NCBI GenBank assembly: GCA_019424135.1
Contig: JAHYZZ010000010.1
Coordinates: 7,751-71,750, forward strand
DNA from: Lachnospiraceae bacterium
GTDB lineage: Bacteria; Bacillota; Clostridia; Lachnospirales; Lachnospiraceae
Direction: 5' to 3'
DNA length: 64,000 bases
Part shown: piece after piece, positions 28,789-38,537 of the stretch
Position numbering within the stretch: position 1 is the first letter of the stretch
Layout of the letters: every line of letters starts with the position of its first letter
Notes under the pieces: model-generated
The model's input: only the letters and a program-made list of their open reading frames with translations
Told to the model about the DNA's origin: nothing
Databases searched by the model: none
Program-made: the position numbers and the translations under genes

Positions 28789-31148
28789 AGCTTATGAAGA
28801 TGATATGGAAGCTGATCAGAAAAGAAATCCGGCAGAAGCCGGGCAGATTTGTCGTTCTGGCAGCAGGAATGACGGCAGCAGTTTTTTTGATCACAGTGGT
28901 GACCATATTCTCAAATTCTTGTCTGAAATCCATGATTCAACAGGAAAAGGAGAAGAATGGACCTTATGAAGCGGTTTTTCATAATCTGAATGCAGAGCAG
29001 GCAGAAAGGCTGAAAGAAAACGAACAGGTCCAAAAAACCTGGAAGCTTATTAAATGTAAGAAAGAGGATACTAAGAAGGATAGAAACTGTTATGGGGTTT
29101 CTTTTAAGAAGATCTCTTGGTCTGTCTTTGAACGGTCTGTGAATGTGGGGCGGGAGATTGATATGGAGCCGTTGCCGGAGGAAGAGCAACCGGTTTTATA
29201 TTCGCGGGTAAATGACAGTGTAATTTCTCCCTTTGACATTACATTTAACGAAAAACTTCTGGGATATTATGGAATCAACACGGATGGTGTGAGAGCCGGA
29301 TCTGCATGGGCAGTGATTTTGATCGACATTGTAATTGTATTTTTCGCAGCGGCGCTTCTTTATTATGCAGTTCTTTCCGGGATGGAAGAAAAGTTGAAGA
29401 CATTGGGATTGCTGGACGGCATAGGGATCTCAGATCAGCAGAAACGGTTGTATATTTATGGGGAAAATTTGCTGGCAGGAATGCTGGCAGTACCGATAGG
29501 AACGATTCTTGGCTTATTGGCTCTGGCGGTCAGTATCCGATATTTGAATCAGTGGTTTCTTCCGACTCAAAAAGTAGAGATACAAATAAGCCTCGTCTGG
29601 ATGATGGCGGCAATCTTGGGCTGCATACTGTTGATGTTCATTTCCGGGACAGGTTTGTATGTGAGAGCCCAAGAAGAGCGGGTTCTGGACTTGATTTGCG
29701 GCTATAATGAAGAAGAGGAAGTGAACCGGACAGCAGTGCTCTTGAAGGCAAAAAAGCATTTCTTCCGGGCGGAAACTTTGCTGGCAGTGAAAAATGTGAT
29801 TATTTATCATAAGAATTACGCGGTTTCTGCAGTCCTTCTGGTAATTTCGCTGTGCGTCTTTTTGGACGGGATCATGTATATTCGGGGAATGACAGCCACA
29901 ACGGCACAGGCTTCTACCTATCCACCGGTATCTATGTGGATTTCGGGAGAGGGGACAAAAGAGAAAGAGTATGAAATACTGGCAGAAGAAGTAGAAGAAT
30001 TACAGGGGGTAGAAAGCGTGCTCATGCTCCGTCAGGCAGATGATTACACTGCGTTGGAAGGAATGACCAAGTCGGAGATAGAGACCTATCTAAAAATGTT
30101 TCAGGCAGAAAGCGCTCTGGATGGTTATCAGATTTCTGGAACATATGAGCGGGAGGATGTTGAATCCGGAGACAGTCTAGGAAATATTGTGCGGGTCATT
30201 GGTGTGGATGAGGCGATTTTTCAACGGTATTTGAACTGTGGGGGCGTAAAGGAAGCAGGGGCACAAGACAGTGCTGTTATGTTCCGCAACGAGTGGACCG
30301 ATCTTAGAAAGATGACGGAGTTTCCGGTGATGGTCAGAAAAAAAATTCATGAAATTCCGGTGGCCTGTATGAATCCGGAAGGGAAGGAAGAAGTGTTACT
30401 GCCCGAGTATCTTTTGACAGCAGAAGAAAGTGAGAAAGGTGTGGGAGCTTATAGGTTGATGGAAGCGGTGATGCTTTATGTTAACATGGAGACCTTTGAA
30501 AAGCTGATTGGGAATGACTTCAACTCAACGGTTTATTTGGAAATTGTATTGGAAAGGGATAAAGAGAAATGGGTCTCGCTGAATGACATTTGGTATCCGG
30601 ATCATATGGTCCAGAGAATGGAAGAAGATGATAAAATCGAGGAGAAAATCCGGAAGATTGCAGAAGAACTGGGAATGGAACAGTTACAGGTCTATAGTTT
30701 TGCACAGGAGTATCACCATTCTTTTTTCCAGGGAGGCAAAGGAATGAGGATTCTTCTGGTAACAGCTCTTGTAAGTTCCAGCTGGATTGCGGCCATAGTG
30801 GTTATCCTGCAAAAAGACGCGTCCTGTATACGTCGGCGTAAAAGGGAGTTTGCCCTGCTGCTTACCATTGGAATGACCAAGGGAAGAATTTGGAAAATGA
30901 TTTTCCTGGAGCATCTTTTATATGCTTTTGCCGGAATTGCAGCAGGAATTCCGCTCAGTATTTTCTTCCTTTCTGGAATTTATCATGACGGAGGTGCCAG
31001 ACAAATGAGTTCTGTTTGGGATGTACCTGTGGATCTGGTGTTATGTCAGATCGGGCTGACATTGTTTGTAGTCTTCATACCATTTGTCTACACCATAAGG
31101 GAGTTGAATAAAATGGATATGATTTCAGTAATCCGAAAGGAGGAGTAG
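28785..31148 (+). CDS. FtsX-like ABC transporter permease
   Basis: Duplicated FtsX-type TM blocks; RRKREFALLLTIGMT. Confidence 0.88.
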   Translation: MKLMKMIWKLIRKEIRQKPGRFVVLAAGMTAAVFLITVVTIFSNSCLKSMIQQEKEKNGPYEAVFHNLNAEQAERLKENEQVQKTWKLIKCKKEDTKKDRNCYGVSFKKISWSVFERSVNVGREIDMEPLPEEEQPVLYSRVNDSVISPFDITFNEKLLGYYGINTDGVRAGSAWAVILIDIVIVFFAAALLYYAVLSGMEEKLKTLGLLDGIGISDQQKRLYIYGENLLAGMLAVPIGTILGLLALAVSIRYLNQWFLPTQKVEIQISLVWMMAAILGCILLMFISGTGLYVRAQEERVLDLICGYNEEEEVNRTAVLLKAKKHFFRAETLLAVKNVIIYHKNYAVSAVLLVISLCVFLDGIMYIRGMTATTAQASTYPPVSMWISGEGTKEKEYEILAEEVEELQGVESVLMLRQADDYTALEGMTKSEIETYLKMFQAESALDGYQISGTYEREDVESGDSLGNIVRVIGVDEAIFQRYLNCGGVKEAGAQDSAVMFRNEWTDLRKMTEFPVMVRKKIHEIPVACMNPEGKEEVLLPEYLLTAEESEKGVGAYRLMEAVMLYVNMETFEKLIGNDFNSTVYLEIVLERDKEKWVSLNDIWYPDHMVQRMEEDDKIEEKIRKIAEELGMEQLQVYSFAQEYHHSFFQGGKGMRILLVTALVSSSWIAAIVVILQKDASCIRRRKREFALLLTIGMTKGRIWKMIFLEHLLYAFAGIAAGIPLSIFFLSGIYHDGGARQMSSVWDVPVDLVLCQIGLTLFVVFIPFVYTIRELNKMDMISVIRKEE

Positions 31149-31151
31149 CAG

Positions 31152-31844
31152 ATGAAAAAGACATATGCCATTTGCGCAGAGAAGGTCAGAAAAACATATG
31201 GTACAGGAGAATATCCGGTTCGGGCGTTACAGGATGTATCGATTCAGATTCCCGCCGGGCAGTTTGCAGCGGTTCTTGGGCCTTCCGGATGCGGAAAATC
31301 AACGCTACTTCATGTGCTGTCAGGTATTGATGAGCCGGATTCGGGAAAGGTGGAGGTCACAGGGAAAAACCTGTATGAAATGAAAAGGAATGACAGAGCC
31401 ATATTTCGCAGGCAAAATATTGGTATGGTTTATCAGTCGATTTATCTCCTTGCATCACTAAATATTGAGGAAAATGTGATACTTCCTCTTTTGCTGGATG
31501 GGCGGAAAGTGTCGGAAACGTGGGTTGGAAAACTTTTTGAGGAGACAGGACTTACGAAAAAACGGGAAGCGCTGCCTTGCCAGCTTTCTGGAGGACAACA
31601 GCAAAGGGCGGCTATCGCAAGAGCAGTGGTGGCGTCTCCGGCAGTGCTTTTTACGGACGAACCTACCGGGAATCTGGATAAAGCCAGCCGGGATACTGTA
31701 ATGAAATTATTCCGAACGTTAAATGAGAACTATGGGGTGACGATTTTGATGGTGACCCATGACGAAGAACTTGCCGGACAGTGTGACAGGATATTGTATA
31801 TGGAAGACGGGAAGGTCATCAGAGACAGGCACTTGAGAACGTAG
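31152..31844 (+). CDS. ABC transporter ATP-binding protein
   Basis: GPSGCGKST, LSGGQQQR, DEPTGNLD, VTHD. Confidence 0.94.
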   Translation: MKKTYAICAEKVRKTYGTGEYPVRALQDVSIQIPAGQFAAVLGPSGCGKSTLLHVLSGIDEPDSGKVEVTGKNLYEMKRNDRAIFRRQNIGMVYQSIYLLASLNIEENVILPLLLDGRKVSETWVGKLFEETGLTKKREALPCQLSGGQQQRAAIARAVVASPAVLFTDEPTGNLDKASRDTVMKLFRTLNENYGVTILMVTHDEELAGQCDRILYMEDGKVIRDRHLRT

Positions 31845-31963
31845 TGTTGTTTTTTCGCAAAACCTCATTCGATACTTTTTCTTAGATAACCGCTGAAAAA
31901 TTTTTATGTTTGTGATAGAATAATATGGTACAGTAACGATAATATAATCATCAGGAGGGAACC

Positions 31964-33136
31964 ATGGACTACGCAAAAGAATCATTAAAAATGCATTACG
32001 AATTAAAGGGTAAGATCGAGGTGACCAGCCGGGCAAAGGTAGATTCCAAAGAAGCGCTGAGCCTAGCTTATACACCAGGTGTTGCACAGCCATGCCTGGA
32101 AATCCAGAAGGATATCACTAAAAGTTATGATCTGACCAGACGCTGGAATACCGTAGCAGTGATCACAGATGGAACAGCTGTCTTAGGCCTGGGAGATATC
32201 GGACCGGAAGCAGGAATGCCTGTTATGGAAGGAAAATGTGTACTGTTTAAGGAATTTGGCGGCGTGGATGCGATTCCGCTCTGTGTAAGATCTAAAGATG
32301 TAGATGAGATCGTGAAGGCTGTCAGTCTGTTTGCAGGAAGTTTTGGCGGCATTAACCTGGAGGATATTGCGGCACCCCGGTGTTTTGAGATTGAAAGACG
32401 CCTGAAAGAATGCTGTGACATTCCGATTTTCCATGATGACCAGCACGGTACAGCGGTAATCACACTGGCAGGATTGATCAATGCCCTCAAAGTGGTGGGT
32501 AAAAAGATTGAAGATGTCAAGATTGTAACTTCCGGGGCCGGCGCTGCGGGCATTGCGATTATCAGGCTTTTGATGTCCATGGGACTGAAGAATGTGATTA
32601 TGACAGATAGAAAAGGTGCGATCTATGAAGGCCGAGAGGGATTGAACCCAATCAAAGAAGAAATGGCGAAGATTACAAACTTTGAACATCAAAAGGGTAG
32701 TCTGGCAGAAGTGATCAAGGGAGCAGATGTCTTTATTGGAGTTTCTGCTCCAGGTACGCTGACTCAGGATATGGTTCGTTCCATGGCAGATCAGCCGATC
32801 ATTTTTGCATGTGCCAATCCGACTCCGGAGATATTCCCAGATGAGGCAAAGGCAGCAGGGGCGGCAGTAGTGTCTACCGGACGTTCTGATTTTCCGAATC
32901 AGGTGAATAATGTATTGTGCTTCCCGGGAATTTTCCGTGGAGCTTTGGATGTACGAGCATCTGATATCAATGATGAGATGAAGGTGGCTGCGGCTTATGC
33001 AATTGCAGGACTGGTAAGCGATGAGGAACTGAACGCAGAATATATTCTTCCAGCTGCGTTTGATTCCAGGGTAAAAGACGCAGTGGCAAAGGCAACAGCT
33101 GAAGCAGCAGTAAAAAGTGGCGTGGCAAGAATCTAA
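31964..33136 (+). CDS. NAD(P)-dependent malic enzyme
   Basis: YTPGVA, DGTAVLGLGDIG, NLEDIAAPRCF, HDDQHGTA, GAGAAG, NQVNN. Confidence 0.96.
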   Translation: MDYAKESLKMHYELKGKIEVTSRAKVDSKEALSLAYTPGVAQPCLEIQKDITKSYDLTRRWNTVAVITDGTAVLGLGDIGPEAGMPVMEGKCVLFKEFGGVDAIPLCVRSKDVDEIVKAVSLFAGSFGGINLEDIAAPRCFEIERRLKECCDIPIFHDDQHGTAVITLAGLINALKVVGKKIEDVKIVTSGAGAAGIAIIRLLMSMGLKNVIMTDRKGAIYEGREGLNPIKEEMAKITNFEHQKGSLAEVIKGADVFIGVSAPGTLTQDMVRSMADQPIIFACANPTPEIFPDEAKAAGAAVVSTGRSDFPNQVNNVLCFPGIFRGALDVRASDINDEMKVAAAYAIAGLVSDEELNAEYILPAAFDSRVKDAVAKATAEAAVKSGVARI

Positions 33137-33236
33137 ATTAGCGGTGTGATCCTAAGATTCGAAAAGATCCTATGAGTGCTGTAAAATCATGAGAATGGTT
33201 TTGGGCACTCATTTTTTATGAAACTCACTTTTTCGC

Positions 33237-33267
33237 TTGACCTTCCAGTCACTGGAAGGTGTTAAAT
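33237..33267 (+). promoter_or_regulatory. MerR-type promoter/operator
   Basis: TTGACC-19 bp-TTAAAT with perfect IR ACCTTCCAGT-c-ACTGGAAGGT across the spacer. Confidence 0.75.
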
Positions 33268-33291
33268 GTAGGAGTAAAGAGGAGGAAAGGC

Positions 33292-33906
33292 ATGACAATC
33301 AAAGAAGTAGAAGCGCAGGTTGGAATCAAAAAGACAAACATCAGATATTATGAGGAAGCCGGGCTGATTACACCAGACCGGAACCTGGAGAATAATTACC
33401 GCAGCTACTCTGTGGAGGATGTGGAGCTTTTAAAAAAGATCAAGTTTCTGCGGAGTATAGAGGTGTCTGTTGCGGACATCAAAAGACTCCAGCAAGGAGA
33501 AATAACCATGCCGGATCTGATGGATACCTACATCCAGAAATTTTCAAAAGAAAAAGAAGAGAAAGGAACCGCAGAGGAAATGTGCAGACAGATCAAAGTA
33601 TCGGGAAGTTCCTTCTCTACTCTGAATTTGTCTGACATCAATGCAGAGGATTTCTGGAAAGTGAAAGGAGGAGATATCATGAAAACAGATCGAATCAGAG
33701 AGGTCAGTAAATTGCAGGCAAAAGATAAAAAAGTGGTAGATTTTATGGAAGCGGCAGGATCAGTATTTCTTGGATTATCAATTGTCTTGTTAGGCTCAGG
33801 GTATCAGTGGCCGGTCTGGATGCTGATTCTTTCGGCAGCTGTCATGATCGGCGCCCATGTTGTGAGGTACCGGATTAGAAAGAAGATTCATGGATTGCAA
33901 ATGTGA
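33292..33906 (+). CDS. MerR family regulator with C-terminal two-TM extension
   Basis: MTIKEV..GIKKTNIRYYEEAGLITPDR..NNYRSY; two hydrophobic segments at the C-terminus. Confidence 0.88.
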   Translation: MTIKEVEAQVGIKKTNIRYYEEAGLITPDRNLENNYRSYSVEDVELLKKIKFLRSIEVSVADIKRLQQGEITMPDLMDTYIQKFSKEKEEKGTAEEMCRQIKVSGSSFSTLNLSDINAEDFWKVKGGDIMKTDRIREVSKLQAKDKKVVDFMEAAGSVFLGLSIVLLGSGYQWPVWMLILSAAVMIGAHVVRYRIRKKIHGLQM

Positions 33907-33916
33907 ACAAAGTGTG

Positions 33917-33957
33917 AAATAGGACGTAGACCTTTTGCAAAGGTCTACGTCCTATTT
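33917..33957. terminator. Bidirectional hairpin; third, partial member of the GGACGTAG..CTACGTCC family
   Basis: 19-bp perfect IR AAATAGGACGTAGACCTTT-tgc-AAAGGTCTACGTCCTATTT between convergent genes. Confidence 0.8.
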
Positions 33958-33966
33958 TGCATCAGA

Positions 33967-35040
33967 TTAGCCTACGATTTTCCATTTTTTGTCTACGGCA
34001 TTTAACAGTTCATGTCCGTCTTCGGTCACAAGAACAAGATCCTCGATACGTACGCCGTATTTGCCTTCCAGGTAGATGCCAGGCTCGATGGAGAAGATCA
34101 TGCCAGGCTCAGCTACGTTTTTGTTAATCGGGCTTACGTCGCCGTATTCGTGATCTTCCTGTCCGATGAAGTGGCCAAGTCGAATCTTCCAATACTCGCT
34201 GTAGCCTTTTTCATCGATATAATCTCTTGCCTGTGCATCAATATCACAGAAGCGTACTCCGGGCTTGATCACAGATTCTGCTCTCAATACAGCTTCGTGT
34301 ACGATGTCATGAATCTTTGTTTGCTCTGGATCTGCAGATTTGCAGTAGAAGGTTCGGGTCATATCGGAGCAGTATCCCTGCCATACGCAGCCCATATCAA
34401 TCAGGATACATTCGCCTGCCTTCAGTGTGCGGGTGTCACTTGGCTCGTGATGCTGGTCTGCGGCATTTGGCCCGAAGCATACGATGGTGTCGAAGCTTGT
34501 CCCGCTGGCTCCGGCCTTCAGGTATTCAGAATCAATAAAGTCAGCGACCTGCTTTTCGGTCATGCCTTCCTTAATATAAGCAATCACTTTTTCCATAACT
34601 GCATCGTTGATCTCGGATGCCTTTTTCATAATGGCAATCTCTTCTTCGTTTTTAACAGCACGTACCCCGTCTACACAGTCAGATCCCCACACCGTTTTGA
34701 GCTGAGGAAGTTTTTCCTGCAGAGGAATCAGGAAACGTGCCGGCCAGGTCTTGTCGATGCCAAGTGGTACGGACGGATCAATCTGGTCTGCAATAATAGA
34801 AATCTGATCCTCCATATCAGAGAACCATACTTCTTCGAATCCAGTATCTTTTACAAAGTACAGATAGTTCAAGAGCATGGTATGTTTTCCGCTGGTCCGC
34901 AGGATCAAAGCATATAATCTTTCGCCGGGATTTACCATGATCCCAGTTAAAAAGCGGATGCTTAACGGGTCAGAAACAATCAGCTGAGTAATTCCCTTTT
35001 CCTCCATTTTTTTCAGTACGCGTGCAATTCTGTCATTCAT
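33967..35040 (-). CDS. Xaa-Pro peptidase (M24B)
   Basis: RAVKNEEEI, IDMG..GYCSDMTRT, LGHFIG..HE, FSIEPGIY..GVRIED. Confidence 0.93.
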   Translation of the reverse strand: MNDRIARVLKKMEEKGITQLIVSDPLSIRFLTGIMVNPGERLYALILRTSGKHTMLLNYLYFVKDTGFEEVWFSDMEDQISIIADQIDPSVPLGIDKTWPARFLIPLQEKLPQLKTVWGSDCVDGVRAVKNEEEIAIMKKASEINDAVMEKVIAYIKEGMTEKQVADFIDSEYLKAGASGTSFDTIVCFGPNAADQHHEPSDTRTLKAGECILIDMGCVWQGYCSDMTRTFYCKSADPEQTKIHDIVHEAVLRAESVIKPGVRFCDIDAQARDYIDEKGYSEYWKIRLGHFIGQEDHEYGDVSPINKNVAEPGMIFSIEPGIYLEGKYGVRIEDLVLVTEDGHELLNAVDKKWKIVG

Positions 35041-35177
35041 TTTAAAAATGCTCCTTTCTCAATGATATAGCGTATATATGCATTATAACATAATCTTGAG
35101 GTTGGAACCAAGAGCCGGATATGATAAAATGTAACTGCTTTAAAAAGGTGTTGCAGTAGAAAAGGGGAATATCAAAA

Positions 35178-35555
35178 GTGATTGAAGACAAAGATTATAT
35201 TATGCGGCTGACACATGAGGTAGTTCGGACATTGATTCGGCTTTTGTTCCAAAAGGATATTGACAGGGAAGAAGAGTCGACTGCGCCGGCGGAAATGCTG
35301 GTTCGTTATCGTAAACTGCTTGCCATGATAAAAGAGGGAAAGATCAATGAGGCAGAAAACCTTTTGGTGGAAGAGATGGAGCTAGATAACCTGTCATATT
35401 TTGAAATGGGGCTGTTGTTCTACGAGAAGCTGGGAGCCCAGACTGAGGATTTTTTAGAGGAACACAATTATACACAGGAGGAAGTCGTTGATGGGTTGAA
35501 ATATCTTGTGGACTGTTATGGTTATGGAGATTTGTGGGACACGGTCAGCAGATAA
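35178..35555 (+). CDS. Conserved hypothetical protein (DUF6483-like)
   Basis: DYIMR..G.INEAENLL..FY..L..NY..EE..DGL pattern. Confidence 0.65.
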   Translation: MIEDKDYIMRLTHEVVRTLIRLLFQKDIDREEESTAPAEMLVRYRKLLAMIKEGKINEAENLLVEEMELDNLSYFEMGLLFYEKLGAQTEDFLEEHNYTQEEVVDGLKYLVDCYGYGDLWDTVSR

Positions 35556-35591
35556 GAGAATGATATTTTTGGAATACAGGAGGAAGAAAAG

Positions 35592-36047
35592 ATGTTAGAA
35601 CCAGGAATGAAGGCACCGGCATTTGCGTTGCCAGATCAGAATGGAGAGATACATACGCTGGAAGAATACAGGGGCAGGAAAGTCATTTTGTATTTTTATC
35701 CAAAAGATAATACCCCAGGATGCACGAAACAGGCATGTGGGTTTGGGGAGCTGTATCCTCAGTTTATAGAAAAGGGTGCAGTGGTATTGGGAGTCAGCAA
35801 GGATAGTGTGACATCCCATAAGAAATTTGAGGAAAAATACCAGCTTCCGTTTCCTTTGCTTTCCGACCCGGAGCTTGTCTGTATTCAGGCATATGATGTG
35901 TGGAAAGAGAAAAACATGTATGGAAAAAAGACGATGGGCGTCGTCAGGACGACCTATCTGATCGATGAGGATGGCATGATAACGAAGGCATTTGGAAAAG
36001 TAAAGGCGGCAGAGAACCCACCCCAGATGCTGGCAGAACTGAAATAA
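35592..36047 (+). CDS. bcp: Thioredoxin-dependent thiol peroxidase (BCP)
   Basis: LYFYPKDNTPGCTKQAC; LGVSKDS. Confidence 0.95.
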   Translation: MLEPGMKAPAFALPDQNGEIHTLEEYRGRKVILYFYPKDNTPGCTKQACGFGELYPQFIEKGAVVLGVSKDSVTSHKKFEEKYQLPFPLLSDPELVCIQAYDVWKEKNMYGKKTMGVVRTTYLIDEDGMITKAFGKVKAAENPPQMLAELK

Positions 36048-36059
36048 AGTCAGAAAGGA

Positions 36060-36575
36060 GTGGCATTTATGAATGTGACAGAAGCAATTCGCAACAGAAG
36101 GAGTATCCGGAAGTATCAAAAGGGGGCGGTGATCCCACAGGAGAAGATTGATTTGATGCTGGAGGCAGCTATGATGGCGCCTAGTGCACGTAATACCAGA
36201 CCCTGGGAGTTTGTAGTGGTAGAGAACCGTAAGATTCTGGAAAAGTTTCAGGATATTCAGCCTTATACTGGAATGATGAAGACGGCATCGCTGGCAATCG
36301 TGGTGTGCGCAAGGCCCGATCTGCAGGAAGGAGGAGGTGCCTTCTGGCCCCAGGACTGTGGAGCTGCCATTGAAAATATTTTGCTCCAGGCCCTGGAACT
36401 AGGATATGGAACCTGCTGGTGCGGGTTTTATCCGGTAGAGGAGCGGGTCAAAGGTTTTCAGAATCTGCTGGATGTAAAAAGTGTGCCGATCGGAGCGGTG
36501 GCGGTAGGTGTGGCGCAAGAGCATCCAAACGCCAGAGGTTATTATGATCGAAGCCGGGTGAAGTATTTAAAATAA
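36060..36575 (+). CDS. Nitroreductase family protein
   Basis: RRSIRKY, APSARNTRPW, LGYGTCW. Confidence 0.93.
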   Translation: MAFMNVTEAIRNRRSIRKYQKGAVIPQEKIDLMLEAAMMAPSARNTRPWEFVVVENRKILEKFQDIQPYTGMMKTASLAIVVCARPDLQEGGGAFWPQDCGAAIENILLQALELGYGTCWCGFYPVEERVKGFQNLLDVKSVPIGAVAVGVAQEHPNARGYYDRSRVKYLK

Positions 36576-36605
36576 GCATTAAAAGGATGATTGGAGGGCT
36601 GTAAA

Positions 36606-37211
36606 ATGGCAAGATATCGTTATGATTTCGTGTTAAATAAGCCGGATGATTTCGTGCAGTTCATTATGAATGATTTTCTGCAGAAGAATCAGTTTACACT
36701 GACTGATTATAATGGAGAAGCGGTCTACCGTGCAGGGGATGCTATGGTGGAAGGTTATAAATATTTGAAATGGTCCTATGAAAATGGGAGTTTCCACTTG
36801 GAAGCGTGGTTAAAAGGAATAGGCGGCGAGATGGATCTGGATGGTTTTGTAGGCACACTGCAGAAGAAGCCATATAAGGACAGCTTGGAACAGCTTTATG
36901 AGACTCTTAAGCAGCCCCTTTCGACTCCACAGGGACAGACACAGAGCGACCCTCAGGGCGTGCCAGTCTATACGGTTGATAATACCAGTGCAGCGACCAT
37001 GGCTCTTGTGTTTGGAGTCTGCAGTATTCTGATCAGCTGGCTTACCCCGGTGGTGGGAGTGATTCTTGGAGTTCTGGGAGTTACCAGAGCAAGACTTGGA
37101 AAGCATTCAAGCTTCGCAGGACGGGCAAAAGCCGGGAAGATTTGTTCGATAGTCGGATTATGTTTTTCTATTTTCATCTGGGTGTTGAATTTCATACTGG
37201 TGATTCTTTAG
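36606..37211 (+). CDS. Membrane protein with C-terminal DUF4190-like TM pair
   Basis: ATMALVFGVCSI...AKAGKICSIVGL. Confidence 0.6.
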   Translation: MARYRYDFVLNKPDDFVQFIMNDFLQKNQFTLTDYNGEAVYRAGDAMVEGYKYLKWSYENGSFHLEAWLKGIGGEMDLDGFVGTLQKKPYKDSLEQLYETLKQPLSTPQGQTQSDPQGVPVYTVDNTSAATMALVFGVCSILISWLTPVVGVILGVLGVTRARLGKHSSFAGRAKAGKICSIVGLCFSIFIWVLNFILVIL

Positions 37212-37228
37212 ACAGGAAGTGACGAGGA

Positions 37229-38500
37229 ATGGATATTAATCAGGAATTATTTACGTTTATCAAAGAAAGTCCGACTTCTTATCATGCGATCCATAAAATG
37301 TGTGTAGAATTGGAAACCGCAGGGTATGAAGCGTTATGCGAGGAGAATGAGTGGAACCTCAGATCAGGCGGAAGATATTATGTGACAAGAAACGGATCCT
37401 CATTGATTGCTTTTCGGATCCCTAAGAAGGGCTTCCAGGGATTTCGGATTGTGGCCAGCCACAGTGATTCCCCCTGTTTTAAGCTAAAGGAGAATCCAGA
37501 GATGATGGCAGAAGACCATTATGTCAGACTGAATGTGGAGAAATATGGAGGCATGATCGTCTCATCCTGGCTGGATCGTCCCCTGGCTGTGGCTGGCAGG
37601 GTCGTAGTCAGAGACCACGGCAGACTTTCAGCCCGTCTGGTGGATCTTAGGAGAGATGTATGTATGATTCCAAGTCTTGCCATCCATATGAACCGGGAAG
37701 GAAACAACGGACAAAATATGAAGATTCAAAAAGAGTTGCTTCCTTTGTATGGAGGTAAACAGGCAGCAGGAAAGCTAAAAAAAGAGATCGCACAAAGTGC
37801 AGGCGTGCTGCCAGAGGAAATCCTGGGAAGTGATCTTTTCTTGTACAATCGAATGGAAGGCCGTATCTGGGGAGCAGACGGGGAATATATTTCCAGCGGA
37901 AGGCTGGATGATCTCCAATGTGTGTTTGCTTCATTCCAGGCATTTCTTCAGGCAAAATCAGACGAAATAGTTCCGGTACATTGTGTTTATGATAATGAAG
38001 AGGTAGGAAGTAGTACCAGGCAGGGAGCGGCTTCTACATTTCTTTTGGATACGCTGCTTCGCGTTAATGAATGCCTGGGACGGACACCGTCCCAGTACCG
38101 GCAGGCGGTTGCCAGGAGTTTGATGTTGTCTGCGGACAATGCCCATGGAGTGCATCCTAACTATCCGGAAAAAGCATGCCCTACCAATCGCCCGTACTTA
38201 AACGAAGGCGTGGTGCTGAAATTCAGCGCAAACCAAAAGTATACGACAGATGCTCTGTCAGCTGCGGTTGTCCGTGAAATCTGCAGGAGGGTGGAAGTAC
38301 CCTGTCAGACCTATGTAAACCATGCAGACGTGCCGGGCGGTTCTACCCTTGGAAATCTCTCGGCAAATCAGGTAGCTCTGCAGACGGCAGATATCGGACT
38401 GGCTCAGCTTGCCATGCATTCGGCTTATGAGACAGCTGGTGCAAAAGATACGGAATATCTGTTCCGTATGATGAAAGAATTTTTTTCGATGCTTGATTAA
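37229..38500 (+). CDS. M18 family aspartyl aminopeptidase
   Basis: SPTSYHA, SHSDSP, RLDDL, DNEEVGS, ADNAHGVHPNY, AMHSAYE. Confidence 0.94.
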   Translation: MDINQELFTFIKESPTSYHAIHKMCVELETAGYEALCEENEWNLRSGGRYYVTRNGSSLIAFRIPKKGFQGFRIVASHSDSPCFKLKENPEMMAEDHYVRLNVEKYGGMIVSSWLDRPLAVAGRVVVRDHGRLSARLVDLRRDVCMIPSLAIHMNREGNNGQNMKIQKELLPLYGGKQAAGKLKKEIAQSAGVLPEEILGSDLFLYNRMEGRIWGADGEYISSGRLDDLQCVFASFQAFLQAKSDEIVPVHCVYDNEEVGSSTRQGAASTFLLDTLLRVNECLGRTPSQYRQAVARSLMLSADNAHGVHPNYPEKACPTNRPYLNEGVVLKFSANQKYTTDALSAAVVREICRRVEVPCQTYVNHADVPGGSTLGNLSANQVALQTADIGLAQLAMHSAYETAGAKDTEYLFRMMKEFFSMLD

Positions 38501-38537
38501 CCAAAGCAAATGAGGAAAGAAAAGGAGAAAAGAAGAT

